DNA from: Nitrosopumilaceae archaeon
GTDB lineage: Archaea > Thermoproteota > Nitrososphaeria > Nitrososphaerales > Nitrosopumilaceae
Length of the DNA stretch: 64,000 nt
Reading direction: 5' to 3'
NCBI GenBank assembly: GCA_965203465.1
Contig: CBDBCR010000001.1
Span: 128,001 to 192,000 of the forward strand
Below are positions 19,985 through 29,598 of the stretch, one piece after another. The notes under the pieces are model-generated. The model had not been told where the DNA came from and searched no databases. It saw nothing but the letters and a program-made list of their open reading frames with translations. The translations under genes were made by a program, and so were the position numbers. Each line of letters starts with the position of its first letter. The stretch's first letter is position 1.

Positions 19985-21328
19985 ATGGCGTGGAAGGAGC
20001 CGCGCATATCGTCGTACACGCTGGCAAACTACCGCAAGCTGCCCCAGATCTCGCAGATGAGCGAGGAGCGCCAGTTCGAGATGGAGGTGGTCGGCAACGT
20101 GCTGCCCTTCAAGGCCAACAACTACGTGGTGGAGCAGCTGATAGACTGGTCAAAGGTGCCCGACGATCCCATCTACGTGCTCACCTTCCCGCAGCGCGGC
20201 ATGCTCGTGCCCCGCCACTACCAGGAGATGGAGGAGGCCCTCAAGAGGGGCGCGGACCGCAAGGAGATAGCCGAGGTGGCCAACCGGATACGGCTGCAGC
20301 TCAACCCGCACCCGGCCGGCCAGATGGAGATGAACGTGCCGTCCCTTTCGGACGGCACGAAACTGTACGGCATGCAGCACAAGTACAAGGAGACGTGCCT
20401 GTTCTTCCCCAGCCAGAGCCAGACGTGCCACGCGTACTGCAGCTTTTGCTTCCGCTGGCCGCAGTTCGTCGGCATGGACGAGATGAAGTTCGCCATGAAA
20501 GAGAGCGAGTCGCTGGTAAGGTACGTGCGCGAGCACCCCGAGATAAGCGACGTGCTGTTCACCGGCGGCGACCCGATGGTAATGAAGGCGCGCATGTTCG
20601 GCACGTACGTAGACGCGCTGCTCGACGCCGACATACCGCACCTGCGCACCATCCGAATAGGCACCAAGGCCCTGGCGTACTGGCCGTACAAGTTTCTGAC
20701 GGACGACGACGCGCAGGAGATGCTCGACATCTTCGCGCGCGTGGCAGCAAAGGGCAAGCACCTTGCCATCATGGCGCATTTCAACCACTTGGTGGAGCTT
20801 TCGACCGGGGCGGTCCGCGAGGCCATGGCCAAGATAAGGATGACCGGCGCGCAGATACGCACCCAGTCGCCGCTGCTGGCGCACATCAACGACGATGCGG
20901 ACATGTGGGCCGAGATGTGGCGCGAGCAGGTCCGGCTCGGCTGCATACCCTACTACATGTTCGCCGTGCGGGACACCGGCGCGCAGCACTACTTCGGCGT
21001 GCCCTTGGCGCGGGCCTACGACATTTTCCGGCGGGCCTACCGGCAGACCAGCGGCCTGTCGAGGACGGTGCGGGGCCCGAGCATGTCGGCTGCCCCCGGC
21101 AAGGTGCTGGTGGACGGGACCCCGACCATATCGGGCAAGAAGGTGCTGTCGCTGAGGTTCCTGCAGGGGCGCAACCCCGAGTGGGTCAACAAGCCCTTTT
21201 ACGCCGAATACGACGAGAACGCGGTCTGGCTGGACGAGCTGAGGCCGGCGTTCGGGGAAAAATTCTTCTTTCAGGACGAGATGGAGAGCAGGTACGGGCA
21301 GGCAGGCACGCTGCGGACGAAAAATTGA
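19985..21328 (+). CDS. KamA-family radical SAM aminomutase (lysine/glutamate 2,3-aminomutase-like)
   Basis: Motifs CHAYCSFCFR, LFTGGDPM, IRIGTK, HFNH, PYYMF and PGKV (putative PLP lysine). Confidence 0.92.
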   Translation: MAWKEPRISSYTLANYRKLPQISQMSEERQFEMEVVGNVLPFKANNYVVEQLIDWSKVPDDPIYVLTFPQRGMLVPRHYQEMEEALKRGADRKEIAEVANRIRLQLNPHPAGQMEMNVPSLSDGTKLYGMQHKYKETCLFFPSQSQTCHAYCSFCFRWPQFVGMDEMKFAMKESESLVRYVREHPEISDVLFTGGDPMVMKARMFGTYVDALLDADIPHLRTIRIGTKALAYWPYKFLTDDDAQEMLDIFARVAAKGKHLAIMAHFNHLVELSTGAVREAMAKIRMTGAQIRTQSPLLAHINDDADMWAEMWREQVRLGCIPYYMFAVRDTGAQHYFGVPLARAYDIFRRAYRQTSGLSRTVRGPSMSAAPGKVLVDGTPTISGKKVLSLRFLQGRNPEWVNKPFYAEYDENAVWLDELRPAFGEKFFFQDEMESRYGQAGTLRTKN

Positions 21329-21370
21329 CAAAAGCGCAAATACAGCTGACAAGCGGGGTTTAGTAGTGCT

Positions 21371-22831
21371 ATGCCGAATACGGGCATGGACGCCGGCGCG
21401 GTGCTAAAGGCCATAGAGGATCAGGGGATCACGTTTCTGGACTTTTGGTTCGTCGACGTGTTCGGCGAGCTCCACCGCATGGGCATGCCCAGCTACGCCG
21501 TGGACGAGGGCAGCTTTGAGAACGGGCTGGAAAAGCTGGACGGCTCGTCCATCACCGGCTTCAAGTCGGTCAACAAGTCGGACATGATACTAAAGCCGGA
21601 CCCGGACACGTTCCGGCGGCTGCCCTCCGACTACGACGACGGGCGGCGCGCCAACGCCCGCATAATATGCGACCTGTACGAGGGCAACACGACGGAAAAG
21701 TCGCGCTACAACCGGGATTCGCGCGGCATCGCGCACAAGGCCGCGCGCAAGCTAGACGATCTGGGGTTCACGAAGACCAACTGGGGCCCCGAGATCGAGT
21801 TCTTCGTCTTTGACAACATCAACGTGTACCCGTCGCCGTACGCGGCCACGCACTCGGGCGGCGGCTCCGGGTACTCGATAGAATCCACGGAATCGCCGTG
21901 GGCGCAGGGCAACATCAGCACAGCCATAAACTTCAAGCAGGGGTACTATCCGTCGCAGCCAAAGGACACGCTCGAGACTTTCCGCAAGGACATATGCGAC
22001 GACCTGTACACGTACTTTGGCATAAAGATAGAGGCCGAGCACCACGAGGTGGCCACCTCGGGGCAGTGCGAGATCAACCTGGTGTACGACGAGATGCTGT
22101 CGATGGCCGACAACGTGGTGACCGTCAAGAACATGGTAAAGGTCAAGGCCAAGCGGCGCAGCAAGGTGGCCACGTTCATGCCAAAGCCCATCTTCGGCGA
22201 CAACGCCTCGGCCATGCACGTGCACCAGAGCCTGTGGAAGGACGGGGCCAACGCCATGTACGATCCGGGCGACGACGTGGCTCAGCTGAGCCAGGACGGG
22301 CGGTACTACGTGGGCGGGATACTCGACCACGCATCGGCGCTGTGCGCCATATCCAACCCGACGACCAACTCGTACAAGCGGCTGGTGCCCGGCTTCGAGG
22401 CGCCGGTCAACATGTGCTGGGGCATCGGCAACAGGTCCGCGGCGGTGCGCGTGCCCATGTACTACCGCAACCAGGAAAAGAGCAAGCGGATAGAGTACAG
22501 GGTGCCCGACCCGACGGCCAACATCTATTTGCTCGAGGCGGCCCTGCTGCTGGCAGGCCTGGACGGGATACGGCGCAAGCTGGATCCGGGAGATCCGGTC
22601 GAGGAGAACATATACCAGCTCTCCGACGCCAAAAAGCGCGAGTACAACATCGGCTCGCTACCCGTCTCGCTAAAGGGCTCGCTCGACGCGCTGGGAAGCG
22701 ACAACTCGTTCCTATCGGACGTGTTCACGTCCGACTTTCTGGACACGTACGTCTCGCTAAAGCTGAAGGAATACGTGGCCTTTGCGCAGACCCCCACCGC
22801 CTGGGAGGTCTCGATGTACACCGACTCGTGA
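21371..22831 (+). CDS. glnA: Glutamine synthetase type I (copy 2)
   Basis: Motifs DGSSI, GPEIEFF, HHEVATSGQCEI, FMPKP, NSYKRLVPGFEAP and RIEYRVPD. Confidence 0.95.
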   Translation: MPNTGMDAGAVLKAIEDQGITFLDFWFVDVFGELHRMGMPSYAVDEGSFENGLEKLDGSSITGFKSVNKSDMILKPDPDTFRRLPSDYDDGRRANARIICDLYEGNTTEKSRYNRDSRGIAHKAARKLDDLGFTKTNWGPEIEFFVFDNINVYPSPYAATHSGGGSGYSIESTESPWAQGNISTAINFKQGYYPSQPKDTLETFRKDICDDLYTYFGIKIEAEHHEVATSGQCEINLVYDEMLSMADNVVTVKNMVKVKAKRRSKVATFMPKPIFGDNASAMHVHQSLWKDGANAMYDPGDDVAQLSQDGRYYVGGILDHASALCAISNPTTNSYKRLVPGFEAPVNMCWGIGNRSAAVRVPMYYRNQEKSKRIEYRVPDPTANIYLLEAALLLAGLDGIRRKLDPGDPVEENIYQLSDAKKREYNIGSLPVSLKGSLDALGSDNSFLSDVFTSDFLDTYVSLKLKEYVAFAQTPTAWEVSMYTDS

Positions 22832-22860
22832 GCCCTGCCCAACACGATCGCAACGGCATT

Positions 22861-23435
22861 ATGCAGATCACGACTGAGCCGTCCTGCGATGATTGCAAGG
22901 CCAAACTGTTCGCATCTCTGATTGCCGCTGCAGTGCTCGTATTCGCCGCGATGGCCTTTGTGGCGACGGGAGACCGAAATCCAAAAGACAAAACGCTGGA
23001 AAAAGCTCAAGAAAAGCAAGAGCGCGATCTGGTTTCGCAAAAGATGACGCAGCTTGTAGTCGAAGCGCAGGAATTGACGGAAAGGCTCCAGTCTGAAAAC
23101 AGCCAAAGTGAGAAACAGAGAATCGGCGCAAGGCTAGACGAGATACGGGGCGAGCTGGACAAAATCGAGAGCGACAACCGCGTAAAAGACGTACCGCAAG
23201 CGCAGCTCGACGAGCTACTCGGCAACAGGTGGCTTTTGGGGAAAGATTGATGCAGTCCGACGCCGTGAAATTTGTCGTGGCCATAGGAATAGATCTCTCC
23301 GGCAGGGAAATCCAAGTTGTGCTGAACGAGAGTCTCGTAGGCTCGCACAACATTGATTCAATAATCAACGATCTGCAAAAAATGATGCCTGCCAATGCAA
23401 ACTGGCACGTTGTCTTGTCCGGCGGCCCTCCGTAA
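22861..23435 (+). pseudogene. Frameshifted secreted or membrane-anchored protein (signal anchor plus coiled coil), lower GC
   Basis: The 22861-23250 frame continues sensibly into the 23229-23435 frame if one C is added near 23220 (ELL-RQQVAFGERL). Confidence 0.55.
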
Positions 23436-23514
23436 GCACACACAGTTCCAGAGATCAGATTCGCGCGGGGCCGGCCGACCAAGGTTTTTAACGTCGGCGC
23501 CGCGAGCGCGCCCC

Positions 23515-24135
23515 ATGCTGCTTGCGGCACTCGCTGCGGTTCTGCTGATGCTGCCCGCGGTTGCGCTGGCCCACCAGCTCGACACGGTCGGCGAGTACCG
23601 CGTCCAGATAGGCTGGCAGTACGAGCCGGCCATATCGGGCGAGCCCAACGCCATACAGCTGTGGGTCAGCCCGTTCGACCCGTCGACGCCCGTAGAAGAG
23701 CAGCCGTTCCGGGACGGGATCACGGGGCTGCGCAAGGATCTAAAGATAGAGCTGGTGCTGGGCGAGCAAAAGGTCACCCTGCCTATTTCGGTGGACCACG
23801 ACGTTCCCGGAAAATACTACGCGCTGGTCAGCCCGACCGAGCCGGGCTACTACCAGGTCAACATACTGGGCAAGGTCGGCGAGACCGTCTTCAACAAGGC
23901 GCTGCACGCCCCAAAGGTGGAAAACAGCGAGTTCATCCGGTTCCCCGCACCCGGGGATCCGGCCGGTGCCCAGCTGGACCGCCTGGGCGCGGACTTGGCG
24001 CGGCTGGAGGCCTCCGTCTCCGGCCTGGAACAGCGGGTCTCGGCGGCGCCCGGCCCAGAGACCGGATACGCGGCGCTGGGCCTGGCCGCGGCCGCCGCGG
24101 CGGTTTCGGGCGTGGCGCTGGCGCGGCGCCGCTAG
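23515..24135 (+). CDS. Secreted protein with C-terminal membrane anchor
   Basis: Signal peptide (ALA-H), GWQYEPA and PTEPGYY beta-sandwich-like motifs, C-terminal TM followed by RRR. Confidence 0.85.
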   Translation: MLLAALAAVLLMLPAVALAHQLDTVGEYRVQIGWQYEPAISGEPNAIQLWVSPFDPSTPVEEQPFRDGITGLRKDLKIELVLGEQKVTLPISVDHDVPGKYYALVSPTEPGYYQVNILGKVGETVFNKALHAPKVENSEFIRFPAPGDPAGAQLDRLGADLARLEASVSGLEQRVSAAPGPETGYAALGLAAAAAAVSGVALARRR

Positions 24136-24166
24136 TTTTATACCACAACGCGGCGGGGCGCGCCGC

Positions 24167-25042
24167 GTGGATTTGGTCTGCGTGCCCGCCTTTAACGAGG
24201 AGGGGACCGTCGGGCGAGTGGTAAAGGAATCGCTAAAGTTCGCCGACAGGGTGGCCGTCTGCGACGACGGCTCGACCGACGGCACGGCCGCCGAGGCGCG
24301 CGCGGCCGGCGCGCACGTCATAGAGCACGGCTCCAACAGGGGCTACGGCGCGGCGCTCTCGACCCTCTTCGAGTTCGCCCGCTCCTCGGGCGCCGAGACC
24401 ATGGCGACCATCGACGCGGACGGGCAGCATTCCCCCGCACAGATACGGGACCTTGCCGCCGCGCTGGAGCGGCACAGCGTCGACGTGGTGATAGGCTCGC
24501 GGTTCCTGAGCGGGGGCAGCACGCCGGCCTACAGGAAGGCGGGCATCCGGGTGATCACGTCGGCGTCAAACTACGGCACGGGCCTGCGCGTATCGGACGC
24601 GCAGTCGGGGTTCCGGGCGTACTCGCGCGCCGCGGTAGATCTCATCCGGCCGTCCGAATCAGGCATGTCCGCCTCCACGCAGATACTAAAGCAGGTCTCG
24701 GACAACGGGCTCTCGCTGGCCGAGGTGCCCGTCGAGGTCTCGTACGACGTGCCGCACGCCTCGGGGCAGCCGGCCGTCACGCACGGCGTCTCGGTCCTGG
24801 TCTCGGCGCTGAAACTGGTCTCCATCAGGCACCCGCTAAAGTCGTACGGCGCGGCGGGCCTCGCGTTCCTGGTGGCCGGCCTCTCGCTGGGCGCGGTGTT
24901 TTTCGACGCGTACATCAACGAGCAGTCCGTCTTTTACGGCTCGCTAGTGGCCGCCATCGTGCTGTTCCTGCTGGGCACCATACTGCTGGTCACGTCCATA
25001 CTGCTGTTCACCATGGCCAACCTGATCAGGGACCGGCCCTAG
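24167..25042 (+). CDS. Glycosyltransferase family 2 (DPM1-like, two C-terminal TMs)
   Basis: Motifs PAFNEE, DDGSTD, NRGYG, DADGQH and DAQSGFRAY. Confidence 0.94.
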   Translation: MDLVCVPAFNEEGTVGRVVKESLKFADRVAVCDDGSTDGTAAEARAAGAHVIEHGSNRGYGAALSTLFEFARSSGAETMATIDADGQHSPAQIRDLAAALERHSVDVVIGSRFLSGGSTPAYRKAGIRVITSASNYGTGLRVSDAQSGFRAYSRAAVDLIRPSESGMSASTQILKQVSDNGLSLAEVPVEVSYDVPHASGQPAVTHGVSVLVSALKLVSIRHPLKSYGAAGLAFLVAGLSLGAVFFDAYINEQSVFYGSLVAAIVLFLLGTILLVTSILLFTMANLIRDRP

Positions 25043-25852
25043 CATCCCGCGCACGCCCTCGCGCAGCCCGATCCCGGCGACAAAGCCGGCCTCCGCCAGC
25101 CTCGCGGCCGAGGCCCCGCTCGCGCGCACGTCCCCGGGCCCCGCCGGTGCGCGCTCGGGCTCGCCGATGCCCGATCCCGCAAAGTACCCAAGCAGCTGGC
25201 CCACCGACGTCGAGACTCCGGTGGCCAGGTTGTACGTGCCGCCCGGCCCAGATCCGGCCATGTAGGCCATGCAGGCGGCCACATCGCGCACGTGCACAAA
25301 GTCGCGCGTCTGCGAGCCGTCGCCGCGCAGCAGGGGCCGGCCCTTCGAGGCGGCAGCTTGGGCGAACTTGGACACGACGCCGCGCCCGCCCGGCCCGTAC
25401 GCGTTGAATATGCGCAGCACCACTTTTTTGGGCACCGCCGAGCGCAGCACCAGCCGCTCGCCCTCGGCCTTTGTCCTGCCGTACGCCGAGACGGGGCGCA
25501 GGGCGTCGTCCTCCGACGCGCTTGCCGTCTCGCCGTACACCGCCGCCGAGGAGGCGAATACCAGCGCGCCGACCCCTGCCGACTCGCAGGCGCGCACCAC
25601 GTTGGCCGTGCCGTCCACGTTGGTCCTGCGCGCCCCCCCCGGATCCGCCTCTGCCGTAGAGACGTCGCTGACCGCGGCCAGGTGCACCACCGCGTCCCGC
25701 CCCGCCACCGCCGCCGGGAGGCTTTTTTCGTCCAGTATGTCGCCGCCCGGCCCCGCTATGTCGTACACAGTAACTTTGCAGCCGCCGAGCGCCGCGCAAA
25801 GATGCGAGCCGATAAAGCCGGCCCCGCCGGTCACGGTTATCCTCGCAGGCAC
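24944..25852 (-). CDS. NAD-dependent sugar epimerase/dehydratase
   Basis: Motifs TGGAGFIG, SSAAVYG, YGRTK and QTRDFVHV; the 3' end overlaps the GT2 gene. Confidence 0.92.
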   Translation of the reverse strand: MPARITVTGGAGFIGSHLCAALGGCKVTVYDIAGPGGDILDEKSLPAAVAGRDAVVHLAAVSDVSTAEADPGGARRTNVDGTANVVRACESAGVGALVFASSAAVYGETASASEDDALRPVSAYGRTKAEGERLVLRSAVPKKVVLRIFNAYGPGGRGVVSKFAQAAASKGRPLLRGDGSQTRDFVHVRDVAACMAYMAGSGPGGTYNLATGVSTSVGQLLGYFAGSGIGEPERAPAGPGDVRASGASAARLAEAGFVAGIGLREGVRGMLGPVPDQVGHGEQQYGRDQQYGAQQEQHDGGH

Positions 25853-25891
25853 GGCCCCGCCCCCGCGCCGGGCGGTATAACGTCTTTCGGC

Positions 25892-26077
25892 TCACGCGCC
25901 GCGCCTGTTCCTGTACAGAAAAATTACCACTATCGCCGCGGCCGCGATTAGTATAATAGACAAGGCGGCGACGGAGAACTGGGGCGGGTACGGTGCAGGT
26001 TCCTCCCAGCCTTTCGCAGTCCCGCTCCAGCCCCCGCTCTGCAAAAGCAGGCCCTGCAGCAACACCGCGAAATCCAC
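25892..26077 (-). CDS. Possible small single-TM protein
   Basis: C-terminal hydrophobic helix plus basic tail (LSIILIAAAAIVVIFLYRNRR). Confidence 0.45.
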   Translation of the reverse strand: MDFAVLLQGLLLQSGGWSGTAKGWEEPAPYPPQFSVAALSIILIAAAAIVVIFLYRNRRGA

Positions 26078-26229
26078 GCCCGCCCCCGCCCCCGCCCTGG
26101 AAAAAACTCTTCGTACTCGTCCTGAAACCGCCCCGCTTTCCGGAAGGGCCGCGCGCACGGCAACCCGCCGCTTGCAAGGTATAATTGCGGGGCCGCCCCG
26201 CGCGCGGCGTTGCTTGGGGGCGTCGAGGG

Positions 26230-26610
26230 GTGAAGTGCCTGTCGATAGCGCAGCCGTTCGCGCACCTCGTCGTTACCGGCAGGAAAAAGATAGAGCTGCG
26301 CACTTGGAACACCCGCTTCCGCGGACCGTTCCTGGTGCACGCGCCGCTAAAGGTGCGCGCAGCCGACATGAGGCGCCTCGGGGTGCCCGAGCAGCCGACC
26401 GGCGCCATAGTGGGACGGGCCGAGATATCGGACGTAAGGACGTACGAGACGGCCTCCGCGCTGCGCAGGGACAGGCGCCTGCACCTGTCGAACCGCAAGC
26501 TGGAGGGCACCGTGTACGGGTTCGTAGTGCGCCGCCCCAGAAAGTTCCGCACCCCCGTGCCGCGCAAGGGCATGCTCGGGTTCTTCAACGTGGACGGCCT
26601 TGACCGGTAG
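26230..26610 (+). CDS. ASCH-domain protein
   Basis: Motifs LSIAQPFAHLVVTGRKKIELRTW, GAIVG and KGMLGFF. Confidence 0.92.
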   Translation: MKCLSIAQPFAHLVVTGRKKIELRTWNTRFRGPFLVHAPLKVRAADMRRLGVPEQPTGAIVGRAEISDVRTYETASALRRDRRLHLSNRKLEGTVYGFVVRRPRKFRTPVPRKGMLGFFNVDGLDR

Positions 26611-27526
26611 CGGCGCGCCGGTCGGCGCCGGCGCCATAGTCTGCGCCGACGCGCGAGAGGCGATGGGCCGCATACGCGCCGGCAGCGTGGACCTGAGCTT
26701 TTGGTCGCCGCCGTACTTTGTGGGGAAATCGTACGAAAAGCACCTAGACTTTGCTGGGTGGCAGGAGCTGGTAGCCGGCGCGGTGCGAGCCCACTCGCGC
26801 GTGCTCAAGCCGGGCGGGTTCATGGCCGTCAACATAGGCGACATACTCTCGTTCGAGGATCCGGCCATGCCCCGCATACAGGCCGACATGGTGTCGGGCA
26901 AGCGCTCGCCTGTCACCAAAAAGCGGGTGCTGGCCGCCAAGAAAAAAATGCCGGGGGCGGACAGGCGCGAGCTGGCAGCGGCCCTCGGATGCAGCGAGCA
27001 GACGGTGCAGCGGCGGCTGGAGCACAACAACGTGCGCGGCGGCAAGCACGCGTGCGGCACCCGGGTGGTCATGACCGGCGCGATGGTGGCAGGCTGGGCC
27101 GAAGACGCCGGCCTGTACCTGTACGACAGGAGGGTATGGCACAAGGATCCGGCCTGGGCCAACAGCAGGTGGCACTCGGGCTCGTACAGGTCGGTGGACG
27201 AGCACGAGAACGTGCTGGTGTTCTGGAAGCCGGGCATCACCGTATACGACAGGCGGCGGCTGACCGACGGCGAGTGGGGCAGCTGGGGCTCGCGGGGCGT
27301 CTGGAAGATACCGTCGGTCCGGCGCAACGGCCGCCACGAGGCCGAGTTCCCCGAAGAGCTCGCGAGGCGGGTGATCAGACTCTTTTCGCCGCGCGGGGGG
27401 CTGGTGCTGGATCCGTTCGTGGGGACCGGTACGACCGCCGCGGTGGCAAAGGCCGAGGGGCGCAGGTGGATAGGGATAGACTCCGACCCGCGGTGCGCGC
27501 GCATGGCGAGGCGCAGGGTGGCCTAG
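26600..27526 (+). CDS. Orphan DNA amino-methyltransferase (beta class, N4C/N6A) with internal HTH insert
   Basis: Motif IV SPPY at the N-terminus, HEAEFP, and motif I DPFVGTGTT at the C-terminus; insert RRELAAALGCSEQTVQRRL. Confidence 0.9.
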   Translation: MTGSGAPVGAGAIVCADAREAMGRIRAGSVDLSFWSPPYFVGKSYEKHLDFAGWQELVAGAVRAHSRVLKPGGFMAVNIGDILSFEDPAMPRIQADMVSGKRSPVTKKRVLAAKKKMPGADRRELAAALGCSEQTVQRRLEHNNVRGGKHACGTRVVMTGAMVAGWAEDAGLYLYDRRVWHKDPAWANSRWHSGSYRSVDEHENVLVFWKPGITVYDRRRLTDGEWGSWGSRGVWKIPSVRRNGRHEAEFPEELARRVIRLFSPRGGLVLDPFVGTGTTAAVAKAEGRRWIGIDSDPRCARMARRRVA

Positions 27527-27852
27527 TACCCCTGCTCCTGCCTGCGCACGTTGATCTCGTTCTTTCTCCTGTACTCTTTTAGCACGGCCTCGGGCTCCAT
27601 GCCCAGCTCTATGGACGCCTGCACCACAAAGTGCCAGATGTCTATCAGCTCTTCGCGCGCGGCGCCCTCGTCGAAGCCGGACGGCGACTTCCACCACTTC
27701 CAGTTGGTCAGGCGCTGCAGTTCCACTGCCTCGTGGACTATGGCCGTGCACAGCGCAGAGACGCGCGCCTCTGTCTCTTGGGGGTACCTGCCCAGGTCGG
27801 ACTTTACGACGAACCCGCGCTGCATCTCGAATATTTCTTCCATGCTGTCCAC
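27523..27852 (-). CDS. All-alpha (dimeric) dUTPase/MazG-like protein
   Basis: Motifs HEAVEL, NWKWWK, EELIDIWHF and KNEINVRRQ. Start at 27852 or 27843. Confidence 0.88.
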   Translation of the reverse strand: MDSMEEIFEMQRGFVVKSDLGRYPQETEARVSALCTAIVHEAVELQRLTNWKWWKSPSGFDEGAAREELIDIWHFVVQASIELGMEPEAVLKEYRRKNEINVRRQEQGY

Positions 27853-27984
27853 GCGCGCACCGCGCCCCGCCCCGCATTTAGATCTTGCCCCCGGCCGCCG
27901 CCCGGTGCCCGGAAACCCGAGCGCGCGGCCCGTCCGGCGAAAACACAAACATGGTTTTTATACAAACCGGCGGCCGCGCCGCCG

Positions 27985-28539
27985 ATGGAGCGCCACCTCC
28001 AAGAGTCGGACCGCAACTACAGGGTGTTCCTGTACGTCTTTTACCTGTGCGGGTTCCTGATGCTGTCCATATTCGCCTACGGCCTGTACGCGATGCTCTC
28101 GGAGTGGGCCGAGACGGGCACGTACGTGATGGGCGAGGTGCTCGTCACCACGCACGTGCCGTTCGACGGGTTCGCGAAACTGACCACCTGGCTGTTCTTC
28201 GCCGGCGTCATCGGCTGGTACTGCTGCAGCCGCATAGGCTGGAAGCGGACCACCTCGAGGCAGCTTGGCGGCGCCCGGCTGGCGCTGCTGCAGCTCATGC
28301 TGCTCGGGTTCGCGATCATATGCGGCTACGAGGTGCTGTGGAACTTTACCGTGCTGTACTCCCAGATAGAGGCGGGCACCGTGGGCGGCGCGGTGCCCGA
28401 CATCGACACGCTCTCGGTGGGCTATCCGGATCCGGACAGGCCGTGGAACCTGATATTCGCCACCAAAATATTTCTGATGGGCGCCATCATAAGCGCGCAC
28501 GCGTTCTACCTGAGCACGAGGCCGCGCAAGACGATCTGA
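27985..28539 (+). CDS. Four-TM membrane protein, hypothetical
   Basis: Hydrophobic segments with YEVLWNF and PWNLIFATK; TTTATA upstream. Confidence 0.8.
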   Translation: MERHLQESDRNYRVFLYVFYLCGFLMLSIFAYGLYAMLSEWAETGTYVMGEVLVTTHVPFDGFAKLTTWLFFAGVIGWYCCSRIGWKRTTSRQLGGARLALLQLMLLGFAIICGYEVLWNFTVLYSQIEAGTVGGAVPDIDTLSVGYPDPDRPWNLIFATKIFLMGAIISAHAFYLSTRPRKTI

Positions 28540-28575
28540 AGGCTTTATAGTGGAACCGCGGCGCCCCGGCGCGTC

Positions 28576-29598
28576 TTGGACGCGCAGGAAAAGGCCGAGC
28601 TGGTCGCCCGCGCGCCCACCGAGGAGATAGTCACGCGCGACGAGCTGCTCGCCCTGTTCGAGACGGACGACTCGCCGCGCCACTACATCGGGCTGGAGGT
28701 CTCCGGGCTGCTGCACTTGGGCAGCCTGATGACGGCTGGCTTCAAGATAAACGACTTTGCGCGCGCGGGCGTACAGTGCACCGTGTTTCTGGCAGACTGG
28801 CACACCGTCATAAACGACAAGCTGGGCGGCGACTGGGACGCGGCCAGGCGCGTCTCGCGCTACTACGAGGCCGCGTTCGGGGCCGTCTGCCCGGGCGTGC
28901 GGATAAGGACCGGCTCGGAGCTGTGCGCCTCTAGCGAGTACTGGGCCGACGTGGTGCGCTTTTCCAAACACATGTCGATGGCAAGGACCATGCGCTCGCT
29001 GACCATCATGGGCAGGTCCGAGGCCGACAAGACCGACCTTGCAAAGCTGCTCTACCCCCCGATGCAGGCCGTCGACATCCACCACCTGGGGGCCCGGATA
29101 GCGCACGCGGGGATGGACCAGCGCAAGATCCACATGCTGGCCCGCGAGATCTTCCCCAAGCTGGGCCTGGAGCCGCCCGTCGCGGTGCACCACCGCCTGC
29201 TGCCCGGGCTGGGCAGGCCAGAGGCCGAGGGCCGGCCCGCCAAGATGAGCAAGTCCGATCCGGACTCGGGCATATCCATACACGACACGGACGAGCAGAT
29301 CGCCGCAAAGATAAAAAAATCCTGGTGCGAGCAGGGCCGCGTCGAGAACAACCCGCTGCTGGCCATAGCGCGCGACGTGATACTCCACGAGCTCGACGAG
29401 CTGAACGTGGAGCGCCCGCAAAAGTTCGGCGGCGACCGCGCGTACGCCTCGTACGCAGAGCTGGAGTCGGACTTTGCGGCCGGCGGAGTGCATCCGGCCG
29501 ACCTCAAGGGGGCCGTCTCGCGCTGCCTCGCCAAGATACTGGCGCCGGTCCGCTCGAAGGTGAAGCTGGACGAGCAGACGCGCGAGCTGCTCAGATGA
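28576..29598 (+). CDS. tyrS: Tyrosine--tRNA ligase
   Basis: Motifs YIGLEVSGLLHLG, ADWH, YPPMQAVD, GMDQRKIH and KMSKS. Confidence 0.97.
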   Translation: MDAQEKAELVARAPTEEIVTRDELLALFETDDSPRHYIGLEVSGLLHLGSLMTAGFKINDFARAGVQCTVFLADWHTVINDKLGGDWDAARRVSRYYEAAFGAVCPGVRIRTGSELCASSEYWADVVRFSKHMSMARTMRSLTIMGRSEADKTDLAKLLYPPMQAVDIHHLGARIAHAGMDQRKIHMLAREIFPKLGLEPPVAVHHRLLPGLGRPEAEGRPAKMSKSDPDSGISIHDTDEQIAAKIKKSWCEQGRVENNPLLAIARDVILHELDELNVERPQKFGGDRAYASYAELESDFAAGGVHPADLKGAVSRCLAKILAPVRSKVKLDEQTRELLR

